DNA of 64,000 nucleotides from Deltaproteobacteria bacterium (GTDB lineage Bacteria; Desulfobacterota; Binatia; UBA1149; JAJCZL01): NCBI GenBank assembly GCA_029262415.1, contig JAJCZL010000068.1, positions 2,372 to 66,371 of the forward strand, read 5' to 3'. Shown piece by piece: positions 1 to 10,060 of this stretch (position 1 is its first letter; each line of letters starts with the position of its first letter). The notes under the pieces were generated by a model. It saw only the letters and a program-made list of their open reading frames with translations, ran no database searches and was not told where the DNA came from. The position numbers and the translations under genes were made by a program.

Positions 1-317
1 TACGCGGCGACGCCCTCGGCAGCGAGATCAGCGAACATCTCGGCCGTCGAGCGTTCGTCGAACGGGGCCCCCGCGTCCTCGGCGGCCTTCCACATCGCCA
101 GCCACCTGGCCCTCTGCGACGGGGCTGTGAGCGCCAGCTTCGGCTCGCTGTAAGCGACCCAATGCTCGCGAAGCAACAGGCCGATCTCGACCGCGTAGAC
201 CGTGACGAGCATCGCGACCAGCGCAACAATCGTCCCCAGGATGCGCGAGTTCGCACCCCGACGACCTGCGAAAGCCGCAGATTCCGGCGTATGGTTTTCT
301 CGCTGCGGCTCTGACAT
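1..317 (-). CDS. Membrane-anchored protein, possibly SGNH/GDSL hydrolase family (partial, runs off window edge)
   Basis: ATG at 317 opens MSEPQREN...ILGTIVALVAMLVTVYAVEIGLL (TM helix)...PFDERSTAEMFADLAAEGVAA with no stop before base 1; the FDxRS..E...DL..EG segment resembles the N-region of SGNH hydrolases. Confidence 0.4.
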   Translation of the reverse strand, partial: MSEPQRENHTPESAAFAGRRGANSRILGTIVALVAMLVTVYAVEIGLLLREHWVAYSEPKLALTAPSQRARWLAMWKAAEDAGAPFDERSTAEMFADLAAEGVAA

Positions 318-529
318 CTCAGTTACCTTCAAGGTCGTGCCGGCCGGAGCGGGACGCGCTCACACCGTAAACGCTTTCTATGGAAGATAGGTGATACCTT
401 CAATCGCCCATCTGATTTCAGACGCACGTCACTTCTTGCCAATCACCGAACGCACGTGCCCTCAGTAGCCGGGCATTGGCGGTGTGCAGCAGATGACGGC
501 CAACTCAAAAAAGGCGCTTGATTACGGCT

Positions 530-967
530 TCAACTCGCGGACGTCGATTGATTGGGCGGCTCGAGCAGACCCAACTGTACCAGAAGCGTGAACTGATCGG
601 TCAGCGCCCACTGCTCGGCAATCTTTCCGTCTTGCAAACGAAAGATCGAGGTGTCGGCAATCTCGACCGACTTTCCCGTTGCCGCAGCGAACGGTAACCG
701 GCCTTTGTGGGTGCCGCGAATCGTAAGCCGGACAACCACTCGATCTCCGGCAGCGATGAGATCCTCGATTGTCTCGTTGTAGTCGGGAAAGGCTTCGCGA
801 AGCATGGCGGCGAGTTCTTTTACGCCGCCGGCGCCACTGCCCCAACTCGGACCGAACGGAGAGGCGTGTACCTGGAAATCCTCGGCGTAGAACTCCGGGG
901 TGCGAGCGATATCGCCTTCGCTCCAGATGACGCGGCACGCGGTGCGTACGATTTCTTCATTTGTCAT
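530..967 (-). CDS. SnoaL-like ester cyclase (NTF2-like) family protein
   Basis: AFPD..ETIEDLIAAGDRVVVR.TIRGTHKG...ATGKSVEI....IFRLQDGKIAEQW signature. Confidence 0.85.
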   Translation of the reverse strand: MTNEEIVRTACRVIWSEGDIARTPEFYAEDFQVHASPFGPSWGSGAGGVKELAAMLREAFPDYNETIEDLIAAGDRVVVRLTIRGTHKGRLPFAAATGKSVEIADTSIFRLQDGKIAEQWALTDQFTLLVQLGLLEPPNQSTSAS

Positions 968-1074
968 ATGTCTGACTTTGCATTCCGCGACAGCTGTGTC
1001 ACCTGGCCGGCTCCACGTCTCAAGACCGAAATCGCTCGAGTTGAGACCGGCGGATCAAATCAACGAAGGATCGA

Positions 1075-1490
1075 TCACGAGCCGCCACGCATCGCGCGCA
1101 CGGAGTTAGCGGTACTTCCCATTGGCTCTCTAAAGACCGAGCCGTGGTTGAACTCAGCGGACCACGCAGTCTTCACACTATTAGTATTGTCGGCATTGAC
1201 AGTGGACGACCAGTATCTGTCGAGTAGTAGCGTGCCGCTACAAGCCGGATCGCTCACCTCGGTACAGCTCGCCCCGCAGTCGGTCCCATGCAGCGCAGGA
1301 TCTAACGCCGGTTCCGCCGCGCGGACATCTCGAAGCGTTTCCAGCTCACTGAGCGTCGGGATTCGCCAATCGTCGTAGCCGCCCACCACGACGAGGTCGT
1401 TTAGTGCCACAATGTGCTGCCAGATCGTCAATCGACCCGAGGCCAGGTCGCACGTTTCTCCCTCGTCGAACTCGCCAATGCGATTTTCGA
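1075..1490 (-). pseudogene. DUF1566 (Lcl C-terminal) domain fragment, 5'-truncated
   Basis: GGYDDWRIPTLSELETL, YWSST, AWSAEFNHG and VRAMRGG are DUF1566 motifs; in-frame TAG just upstream (~1495), no signal peptide or good start. Confidence 0.55.
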
Positions 1491-1751
1491 GTACCTAGAG
1501 GTCTTTCACAATCGCCAGCGTCGACACTCGGCGCTTGGTATGGTTTCACCAGTCGAGTTTGAGATTCGACACAGAAGCGGGGCGGCAGCATGAATCCAGT
1601 TGGCCGACTCCACGAAAGTCAGGGCACACCAAAGTGTCCGGAGAACCCCGGGCGGTTCGTTGTGGCGCGCACTTCGCTTTTCACGTACAAGGTCGAGCTT
1701 TGCACGACGCCGCTGCGGCTCTGAGGCCGCGTAACGCAAGGATCATAACCG

Positions 1752-2795
1752 ATGAAGAGCATTCGAAATGACAAGGGCGCGAGCCCCATTTGCCGTCGTA
1801 TTTTGGCTGCAGTCCTGGTGCTGCTCTCGCTTGCGGCGGCGCCGCCGGCGTACGCGTCTGAGACGGCCGCAACAGTGGCGGGCGAGCCCATCACGATGGG
1901 CGAGCTCGAGAAGAGTGTCCGATCGCATCTCATTGAGATCGACAACCAACGCTACGAAGTTCTCGATGCGGGCCTGCAGGAATTGATCGGCGGGCGTCTA
2001 TTCCTTGCCGAGGCAAAGTCACGTGGGATCGCGGTCGAAGCGTTGCGCCGGGAAGAAATCGTATCGAAGGTCGCCGAGGCGACCGACGCCGAGATCCAAG
2101 CCGTCTTTGATATGAACAAGCAGAAGCTCGGCGAAACCACCCTCGACGACGTACGCGACCAGATCGTCGCCTACTTGCAGGGACAGCGTACGGCTGCGCG
2201 CACGACGGAGTTCTTGGGCGAGCTGCGCGCCAAGTATCCGACGGTGGTGATGTTGAAACCGCCGCTCGTCAAGGTTGCCACCGGCAACAACCCGCCGCGC
2301 GGCGCCGCCGATGCTGCGGTGACGATCGTAGCGTTCTCCGACTACGAGTGTCCCTACTGCAAGCGCGGCGAGCAGTCGATCGAAGCGGTGCTGACCAAGT
2401 ACGGCGACAAGGTCCGGTACTACCACCGCGATTTTCCGCTGCCCTTCCACGCCAATGCGCGTCCGGCGGCGCAGGCCGCACGTTGTGCAAACGAGCAGGG
2501 AAAGTACTGGGACTACCACGCGATGCTGTTCCGCAGCGCCGAGCTGTCCGAGGAGCACCTCAAGGAGATCGCCGACAGTCTCGGCCTCGATCGTGGCAAG
2601 TTCGACGAGTGCCTCGCCTCGGGCAAGTACGGTAAGGCGATCGACGCCGACGTCGCCGCCGGCGCCGAGGTCGGAGTGTCGGGTACGCCGGCGTTTTTCG
2701 TCAATGGCCGCATGTTGTCCGGAGCGCAGCCGGCCGAGAAGTTCTTTGCGCTGATCGACGCCGAGCTTGCGCGCAAAGGGGTCGGCCGCCGGTAG
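1752..2795 (+). CDS. Secreted DsbA/thioredoxin-fold disulfide oxidoreductase with N-terminal helical (SurA-like) region
   Basis: Signal peptide; FSDYECPYC active site; RDFPLPFH; GVSGTPAFFVNG cis-Pro loop. Confidence 0.85.
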   Translation: MKSIRNDKGASPICRRILAAVLVLLSLAAAPPAYASETAATVAGEPITMGELEKSVRSHLIEIDNQRYEVLDAGLQELIGGRLFLAEAKSRGIAVEALRREEIVSKVAEATDAEIQAVFDMNKQKLGETTLDDVRDQIVAYLQGQRTAARTTEFLGELRAKYPTVVMLKPPLVKVATGNNPPRGAADAAVTIVAFSDYECPYCKRGEQSIEAVLTKYGDKVRYYHRDFPLPFHANARPAAQAARCANEQGKYWDYHAMLFRSAELSEEHLKEIADSLGLDRGKFDECLASGKYGKAIDADVAAGAEVGVSGTPAFFVNGRMLSGAQPAEKFFALIDAELARKGVGRR

Positions 2796-2816
2796 AGGTT
2801 GGAGCCGGCCGGCGGG

Positions 2817-5800
2817 TTATTCAATAACTTCGCCGGTCCCTTCTGTCGGCGGACACGGACAGTCGAGCGTGATGCCTGCAACGCCGACGGCCGCGCGCAA
2901 ACACGTCAAAGCGTCGGTTGCTGTTGTGGGCATCGTGCCCTTGGGCGCGCAGATGCATTTGGGCGCGCAGATCGTGGCGCCGACCGCGGTTCTCAACAGA
3001 TAGAAACAGTCGGTTGCGACCGGGCCAACGCTCGACCGCGAGACCGGCGCCGAGCACACGCCGGGGCCTCGGTAGCCGCCCGCGAGCCCGGTCGGATCGA
3101 CGATGCGGCCGTTTGCGACGCCGTCCAGGTCGCCGAGACCGCCGTCTACGTAGGTAATAGTGCGCCCTTCCCCGAACGGGCCGGCGTCGGCGGTGAGATC
3201 GACGAAACCTTCGGTCGGATCGTACTGTAGAAACTGATCCGCACCGGGGTGGAAAAAGTTCACGTAGTAGAAAGCCCCGATGCTTTGGCCGACCGCGAGG
3301 TCGTCAGTACGGTAGCCGACCACGCCGAACGGAAACACGATATTGGGCACGTCGGCGGGGCTGGCCGCTAAGGCTTCGGTTTGCGAGAGCGTCGAGATGC
3401 GGTTGATGTTTCCCTGCGTTGAGAAAATCCCCATCACGTCGCCGTTCTCGGCGTTCTTGTACACGCTGATTCTTTGCGTGCTGTCGTCGATCCCATCTGA
3501 GTTGACGTCGAAGAAGCCGGTGACTTCTGCGCGGTCTTCGACGCCGTTGTCGTCGGCATCGTTCGGATCGACCGCGGCCGTCGTGAATGCAAAGGGTCCA
3601 GAGTATTCGGAGACCTGGCCCGAAGAGTCTACGTAGCGTGCGCTGATCGTATAGCCGGTGCCCGGGTCGAGCAGCGGTCGCGGCAAGACGAGTTCGCGCG
3701 AGCCGACCAGCTGTAGATGCCGTTCAAATACGACGCCCTGCACGCCGCCGTCAAGAGGACCTTCAATGCGGATGCCTACTGCGCTGGCACCGTCGATGCT
3801 GTCGGGGTCGTTAAACGACGAGATCGCAAGATTGAACTGTGAGAGCGGGAACGCGGAATCAGGAGTAAGTCCGGAAATACTCGGAGTCTCGGGCGGATAG
3901 CCCGGCAGCAGCGGCAAGGTAGTCGTGGTCGGGCCGGGGAACGTCGTGGTGGTACTGCTGATGGTGGGCTTGACGGTTATCAACTCGCCGGCCTGGTGGT
4001 CGAACTGCAGTGGTGCGGCGATGATCAGCGAGCCGAGACCGGTGATCGTCGCTTCTTCTTGGTTCGCGCCGCCCGGATTGATGACGATCGCCTGCCCGTT
4101 CTGGAAGAACTCGTTTTGCGCGGGATCCAACCCAAGTACTTCGAGGTCGTGGATCTCAAGCACCGTGGTACCCGCGGCAGCGTCGGCAGCGAGAGCGGTT
4201 TGCGGGAGTAAGAACACTTCGAGACCCGAGGGCACGTAGTTGCGCCAGCCGCCGCCCGGTGTCCAGCGTTGCAGATGACCGAAGGTGTTTTGGCGCAGCA
4301 CCAGCGCGCTCGGATTGGTGGTGTAGGTGGGAGTAAGCGGGCAGCTTTGCGCTGCGGCCGGGCCGGCCCCGCGCGGCGCAGACCCCAGGCCGGCCCCAGG
4401 CGGCGCAGAGCCCGGACAGCCCGAGCTGATGATCGCCCAGGTGCCGGGTCCGACATACACGAGTTGCTCTTCCTCGACCGCCGCTGCGAGGTCGTCGAGG
4501 CTGTCGGGTGTGGCATCGGCTGCACGTAGGTTCAGCGTGGCTCCGCGGAAGTACATCCTTGCGGCAGTGCGGAAGTCGACCGGATCGTTCCAGCTCTTGC
4601 CCGGGTCAAAGCGCGTTGCCCTTACGCGGCCGTCGGGTCTGTAGGCAGCCATCGCCGGTGAGTTGGGAGTGTGGGTGGAGAACTCGCGCAGATACGCGTT
4701 GCGTCCGGCGGCGTCGTTCCAAGTAAGCGTGGCCGGGTGTTGGAACTTGAGCTTGCGCATCAACTTATAGATTTCCAAACGAACTTCGGGCGGAAGTATC
4801 TTTCCGTCGGGGCCCAGGAACGCCATCGGGTCGATGTCGCCGGTGACCTTCTGCCAGCCTTGTAGCGGGTCTTCGATGTTGGCCACGAGTGCTGGACGGC
4901 CGTTTTGACCGGTTACCGGCGAGCCGCGGAACCTACGTTGTTCGGTGATCAAAGCTTCTGCGGGCAGCGGGAAGTTCTGGTCGAAATTGTCGGCTGCGCC
5001 ACTCAGGCTGTTGCGCGAGACCGGCATGCCGTCTTTCTGGAACTTGAGCCACTTTGCACGCTCACTCTTTGCGATATCGCCGCCGAGCCCGGTTTCGGGA
5101 TGCGCCCCCTTGCCGTACCACTCATCCCAGCGTTGGCCCCAGCGTGCTTCGACTTCGGCGATCGTCTCCGAATGCGCACCGGCATTGTTCAGCCGCCGCC
5201 GGACCTCGGAAAGAGGCGGCGGTTGGGCGATCAGCACCTCGTCGATCTGGTTGGGGAAGTCGAGCCAATCTACGTCGATGGGGTGAACGTTCTTGGCCTT
5301 GAGCGGGAAAGGCTTGAGCGCGAATTTTCCGGTTCTGAGTTTCTGGATAACGCCCGCACCGCGACGACGAACAACGATAGTGATGTTCCAGCGCTCGGCA
5401 AATTCACGGAACAACCGGTCGCTTAACTTGTCGATCCCGAACAACGGAGCCAGGTGAGCGGCATAGGCAAGGTCGTCACCGTTCTTCAGCGCACGTACGC
5501 CTACTGCTGCGCGCGCTTCGAGTGTTGCGGCTTGCGAAGCGGCTTTAGCCGCGACGCCGCGCGTGGCGGTGAACGCGGTCTTGTGTGCGAGCTTGCAGAT
5601 AGCGAACACGCCGGGAAGTACCACATCGATGTTCTCGCCGGTGAGCTCTCCCCACCACTGTGCAACTGCGGCAGAGTCGCCCGTTTCCCAGTCTGTGGCC
5701 AGGCGGGTAAAGCGTTGCTCGACGGCGTTATCGAAAAGTACGCCTGCATCGTTGAACGGCATCGCGAACGCGATCGCTATCGCGGCGATCGTGTTTGAGT

Positions 5801-8222
5801 CATACAGTGCCTTGTCTGCCGGCGTGAGGCCTTCGCGGATGTCGAGCAGGTACTTGGCAACCTTGTCGCCGACGGCCTCGTAGGTTTCCGGCCAATCCCA
5901 GGGCGACAATCCGAGAACGAGCGCTTGTCCGGCCAGACCGACGAGTGCAGAAATGCCCTCGGCGACGGTTGCGAGGCCGTCGAAGGTGCCGACCAAGTAG
6001 TGGCCGATCAACGCGCCGACCGACGCATCGATCGGCGGGTCGCTCGAGACGTCAACGCGCACAAGGTGGTCGGTAGAGCCTTCCTTGTAGAAGATCTGTT
6101 CCGGTGCGAGCGCAGTGCGCGTGTCGTCGGGGTTCAGAATGAAACCGGTAGGCTTGAAAGTGACCGTTCCGCGTGTACCGCCGTCTACAAGTGTACGTAC
6201 GGGCGCGCGGAACATAACCTTCTCACGCGGCGCAAGAACCTGCGCGATACCGATCGCGCACTCGGCATCCGGAGCGCTGGTGCCATTCGGGATCGGCTGA
6301 GCGTAGAACGCATTGCCCTGCGGCTGCGGCCGCACCACGACGAGGATCGTTTCATCGTTGCTAAGATTCTCGACTGTTCCGAGTATGCGCCAAGAGTTTC
6401 CGCCGATTACCCACTCGGCGCCGTTGCGAAGGAAGGTGTTGGAGGTCTCGCTTTCGAAGTACAGGATTATGTCGCCCGAGATCTTTACGACTGTAAAGCC
6501 GGTTTCGCTGAGCGTGCCTATACCGGACGGGTCTTGTGCGGTGATGAGCGCTTCGACGTTGTATTCACCGTCGGCGCGCGCTTCTAAAGTGTAGGTACGC
6601 GAGATCGACTCGCCCGGTGCCAGCGTACCCAAGGCCGCCGGGTTCGGATTGGGGCCGACCGGGTCGAACGGGCCGCCGGTGACCTGCAGCGCTCCGAGCA
6701 CCGGCGGCGGGATCAGCCGTGAGGATACCGCGATCGGTTGGGCGAATATGTTGTTGACGTCCTGGTTGAAAACGTTGGTCACCGTGACCGTAGCAGTGAC
6801 CGTTTGCGGGATGGGGCCTTGGGCGGTGTCCTCAAGCACCACCACGGGTTTGTCTACGTCGACCTTCACTTTCAAGATCGTCTGCGGCACGTCGATGACG
6901 CGTGTTACAGGGCCGGGTACGACCGCGAATCCGCGGCTGTCAACGCCGGTCGCGTCGTTGCTAAGAGTCAGCCTACCCCTGGAGGTGGCGCGCAGTGTGT
7001 ACGTACGCGACAACGCTTCGCCGGGCTGCAGGCTGAAATTTTGCGGGATCCCCGGCGGGTTCGGACCGGCTACGACTTCGACAATCGCCGACGGCGAGAA
7101 CACCAGCGGGGTCCAATCGATGCCGGTGATTGCCGCGGTGTTAGTCGGATCGGCCTGGATCGTGACGCGCACGTCGAATTGCTCGTCGACCTCGACGACG
7201 CTCAAGAGGCGGCCGGGGAGCGTCAAGGAGAGGATCAGGTTGTCCGTCATCCCGATCGCGACGCTCTCGGCATTCATCTCGATTCCGCGCTCGCTGTCGC
7301 TGTTCGTCGGTGAGTAGTGCTCGAAGACCTCGAAGTAGTAGCTGGCCCCGCGCGCCTCGAGCACGGTGAGATCGCTGGGAAGCTGCGACGCATCCCGCAC
7401 CTGCACCCGATACGTCATCGTGAAGGACGTCGGAGGCAGGGGGCCGCCCCGATCCCACCTGACACCCACGGCCTGAGAGTCGCCGGTGACTACGGCGCCC
7501 GGCGCGCCGGTTACCGAACCGGGGACGATGTCCGCGCCTAACGGGGCGTAGAGGAACACGCGCGCGAACTGTATCTCGCCGTACGGATAGTCCGTGGCCG
7601 TCACCGTGTACGTGATTTCATCGCCGGGGGCGGCCGATCCCTGATTCGCCGTCATCCGCACACGGGAGTAGAGGAACGTCGCCTCCTCGACGAGGTCGCC
7701 TTGGGCGCTTCCATGGCCGACCTCGACGACGTTCGCGTCGATGTGCATCGCGATCGTCACCTTGGGTGCGATTTCGGGGAGGTCGGCCAGGTCGGCCACG
7801 CGCACGAGGATCTCTACTTCGGTGTGACTGTGTACGGATCCCTGGCCGGTCGAATCCTGCATCAGGCTGACCGTGTTGCCGTTCGCGGTCACGGTCGTCG
7901 GGTTCCCGGGAGGAAGGAACTCCCAGTCCAGGTACTCCATGGAGGACGGCAGTATTACTGTCGTCGTTGCCGTCGCCACACCGTGATTCGTCACACCGCT
8001 CCGGAGCCGGAGCCTCAGAACCTCTCCCGGCACGATTAGGTGGGTGAACCCGTCGCGACTGATGATGTCGAGACTTATCTCTCCGTCAGCGGTTCCGTGA
8101 GCCGCGGCGGGTGATGCTCCCAGGCCCGCGAGCACTCCGAGGACTGTGATCGCCGCGATCAGCCGGCGTAGGCAATGTGGCGGGGAATGGCGGTTCCTCA
8201 GGGCCCGGCTCTGGTTGGTCAT
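2817..8222 (-). CDS. Giant secreted multidomain protein: Ig-like/DUF11-like repeats, central EF/ExoY-like nucleotidyl cyclase motifs, FN3-like, choice-of-anchor U-like and C-terminal dockerin-like domains
   Basis: GGGAGG before ATG 8222; signal peptide ending ASPAAA-HG; PGDEITYTVT and LAPGESISRTYTL Ig-type repeats; KPFPLKAK, TGDID, FQHP; DGGLGDLDGVANGRIVDP; ATDALTCLRAAVG C-terminus. Confidence 0.75.
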   Translation of the reverse strand: MTNQSRALRNRHSPPHCLRRLIAAITVLGVLAGLGASPAAAHGTADGEISLDIISRDGFTHLIVPGEVLRLRLRSGVTNHGVATATTTVILPSSMEYLDWEFLPPGNPTTVTANGNTVSLMQDSTGQGSVHSHTEVEILVRVADLADLPEIAPKVTIAMHIDANVVEVGHGSAQGDLVEEATFLYSRVRMTANQGSAAPGDEITYTVTATDYPYGEIQFARVFLYAPLGADIVPGSVTGAPGAVVTGDSQAVGVRWDRGGPLPPTSFTMTYRVQVRDASQLPSDLTVLEARGASYYFEVFEHYSPTNSDSERGIEMNAESVAIGMTDNLILSLTLPGRLLSVVEVDEQFDVRVTIQADPTNTAAITGIDWTPLVFSPSAIVEVVAGPNPPGIPQNFSLQPGEALSRTYTLRATSRGRLTLSNDATGVDSRGFAVVPGPVTRVIDVPQTILKVKVDVDKPVVVLEDTAQGPIPQTVTATVTVTNVFNQDVNNIFAQPIAVSSRLIPPPVLGALQVTGGPFDPVGPNPNPAALGTLAPGESISRTYTLEARADGEYNVEALITAQDPSGIGTLSETGFTVVKISGDIILYFESETSNTFLRNGAEWVIGGNSWRILGTVENLSNDETILVVVRPQPQGNAFYAQPIPNGTSAPDAECAIGIAQVLAPREKVMFRAPVRTLVDGGTRGTVTFKPTGFILNPDDTRTALAPEQIFYKEGSTDHLVRVDVSSDPPIDASVGALIGHYLVGTFDGLATVAEGISALVGLAGQALVLGLSPWDWPETYEAVGDKVAKYLLDIREGLTPADKALYDSNTIAAIAIAFAMPFNDAGVLFDNAVEQRFTRLATDWETGDSAAVAQWWGELTGENIDVVLPGVFAICKLAHKTAFTATRGVAAKAASQAATLEARAAVGVRALKNGDDLAYAAHLAPLFGIDKLSDRLFREFAERWNITIVVRRRGAGVIQKLRTGKFALKPFPLKAKNVHPIDVDWLDFPNQIDEVLIAQPPPLSEVRRRLNNAGAHSETIAEVEARWGQRWDEWYGKGAHPETGLGGDIAKSERAKWLKFQKDGMPVSRNSLSGAADNFDQNFPLPAEALITEQRRFRGSPVTGQNGRPALVANIEDPLQGWQKVTGDIDPMAFLGPDGKILPPEVRLEIYKLMRKLKFQHPATLTWNDAAGRNAYLREFSTHTPNSPAMAAYRPDGRVRATRFDPGKSWNDPVDFRTAARMYFRGATLNLRAADATPDSLDDLAAAVEEEQLVYVGPGTWAIISSGCPGSAPPGAGLGSAPRGAGPAAAQSCPLTPTYTTNPSALVLRQNTFGHLQRWTPGGGWRNYVPSGLEVFLLPQTALAADAAAGTTVLEIHDLEVLGLDPAQNEFFQNGQAIVINPGGANQEEATITGLGSLIIAAPLQFDHQAGELITVKPTISSTTTTFPGPTTTTLPLLPGYPPETPSISGLTPDSAFPLSQFNLAISSFNDPDSIDGASAVGIRIEGPLDGGVQGVVFERHLQLVGSRELVLPRPLLDPGTGYTISARYVDSSGQVSEYSGPFAFTTAAVDPNDADDNGVEDRAEVTGFFDVNSDGIDDSTQRISVYKNAENGDVMGIFSTQGNINRISTLSQTEALAASPADVPNIVFPFGVVGYRTDDLAVGQSIGAFYYVNFFHPGADQFLQYDPTEGFVDLTADAGPFGEGRTITYVDGGLGDLDGVANGRIVDPTGLAGGYRGPGVCSAPVSRSSVGPVATDCFYLLRTAVGATICAPKCICAPKGTMPTTATDALTCLRAAVGVAGITLDCPCPPTEGTGEVIE

Positions 8223-8513
8223 CGCAGCCTCCCAGTATCCCCGGCGATAGGGCATCGGGGGAGGACTAGCTTAGAGGCGACGGTTTCCCGGGAAGGGCAT
8301 CGTTCCAAGCGCAACGCGATCATCGTGTGAGCAGCATGCACCGCACTGGATAGTGCCAAGTGCCCGAAGTTAGAACAATTCTGACAAGGTATGCTTGTAA
8401 TCTAAATCGCCGCCGATCCCCCATATGGGTACTTCTTCATCGATTGCGTGACTTCACTCGTGCAGTTGATGTACGGAGCCTTCTCTGAGCGAGCGATCTG
8501 TTGGGTGGGACGT

Positions 8514-10049
8514 TCAGCCGAGGAACAGTCGATAAGCCGGGTTCTGCGTCTCATCGACGTAGCCGTAGCCGACTTCGTCCAAGAAGCGCTCGAACTCAGG
8601 CTTCTCGGCCGGGGGCACCTGCATGCCGATCAACACGCGGCCGTAATCGGTGCCGTGGTTGCGGTAGTGGAACAGACTGATGTTCCACGTGCGGCTCATG
8701 TGTTCGAGAAAACGCATGAGCGCGCCGGGACGCTCCGGGAACTCAAAGCGGTAGAGTAGTTCGTGCGCTGCCTGCGGCGCATGGCCGCCGACCATGTGGC
8801 GGATGTGCAGCTTAGCCATCTCGTTTGCGCTGAGATCGATAGTGTCAAAGCCCGAAGCATCTAACTGATCTGCTATCGTCGCCGCCTCGGCTTTGCCGCC
8901 GACTGCGATGCCGACGAATATGTCGGCGCGGTCTGAACTGCCGTAGCGGTAATTAAATTCGGTAATACTGTGTTCGCCGATCAGCCGGCAGAACGCTTTG
9001 AGGCTGCCCGGGGTCTCCGGGATCGTAACGGCGAGAATCGCTTCACGGTGCTCGCCGAGTTCGGCGCGCTCGGAGACATGGCGCAGGCGGTCGAAGTTCA
9101 TGTTGGCGCCCGAGCAGATCGCTACGATACTGCCACTGCCACTGCCGGCTGCAGCGCCGGTTTCGTCTGCGCGCGCCGCCCACGCCTTGGCGCCCGCGAC
9201 CGCGAGCGCGCCCGCGGGCTCGAGCACCGCGCGGGTGTCTTCGAATACGTCTTTGATCGCCGCACAGATCGCGTCGGTGTCTACCAGTACGATCTCGTCG
9301 ACGAGTTCTTTGACCAGGCGAAAGGTTTCTTTGCCGGCGATTTTGGTCGCCACACCGTCGGCAAACATACCGACGTGATCCAATTCGACGGGATGTCCCG
9401 CCTGGAGGGCCGCATGCATTGATGCGGCGTCTTCAGGCTCGACGCCGATCACTTTGGTATCCGGGCGCAGGCGTTTAACGTAGGCGGCAATCCCGGCGAT
9501 GAGTCCGCCGCCCCCCACCGGTACGAACACCGCATCGATCGCGCCGCTGTGCTGGCGCACGATTTCCACTCCGATGGTGCCCTGCCCGGCGATGACGTCG
9601 GGGTCGTCGAAGGGGTGAACCAAGACGCGCCCGGTCTGCGCCGCTATCTCATGGGCATGGGTCTGGGCTTCGTTGTAGTTGTCGCCGTGCAGGATGACGG
9701 TGCCGCCTAAGCGACGCACGGCATCGACTTTGATTGCCGGGGTCGGCACCGCCATGACGATGCTCGCGTCGATACCGAGCTTGGAGGCGGCAAGCGCGAC
9801 TCCCTGTGCGTGGTTGCCGGCCGATGCCGCAACCACGCCGCGGGCGCGCTCATCGGCACTCAGATTTGCAATCTTGTTGTACGCGCCGCGAAGTTTGAAC
9901 GAGAAGATCGGCTGTTCGTCTTCACGTTTTAGAAAGACCGGCCGCCCGAGCCGCATCGAGAGCGCGGGCGCTTGGTCGAGTGCGGTTTCGCGTGCAACCG
10001 CGTAAACCTGCGCGCTGAGGATCCGTTCGAGGTAGTCGACGCCCGCCAC
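8514..10049 (-). CDS. ilvA: Threonine ammonia-lyase, biosynthetic
   Basis: FSFKLRGAYNK PLP lysine, SAGNHAQGVA, SGANMNFDRLRHV, C-terminal ACT-like FPERPGAL and FHYRNHG. Confidence 0.97.
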   Translation of the reverse strand: MAGVDYLERILSAQVYAVARETALDQAPALSMRLGRPVFLKREDEQPIFSFKLRGAYNKIANLSADERARGVVAASAGNHAQGVALAASKLGIDASIVMAVPTPAIKVDAVRRLGGTVILHGDNYNEAQTHAHEIAAQTGRVLVHPFDDPDVIAGQGTIGVEIVRQHSGAIDAVFVPVGGGGLIAGIAAYVKRLRPDTKVIGVEPEDAASMHAALQAGHPVELDHVGMFADGVATKIAGKETFRLVKELVDEIVLVDTDAICAAIKDVFEDTRAVLEPAGALAVAGAKAWAARADETGAAAGSGSGSIVAICSGANMNFDRLRHVSERAELGEHREAILAVTIPETPGSLKAFCRLIGEHSITEFNYRYGSSDRADIFVGIAVGGKAEAATIADQLDASGFDTIDLSANEMAKLHIRHMVGGHAPQAAHELLYRFEFPERPGALMRFLEHMSRTWNISLFHYRNHGTDYGRVLIGMQVPPAEKPEFERFLDEVGYGYVDETQNPAYRLFLG

Positions 10050-10060
10050 GCGCGCCCGTG

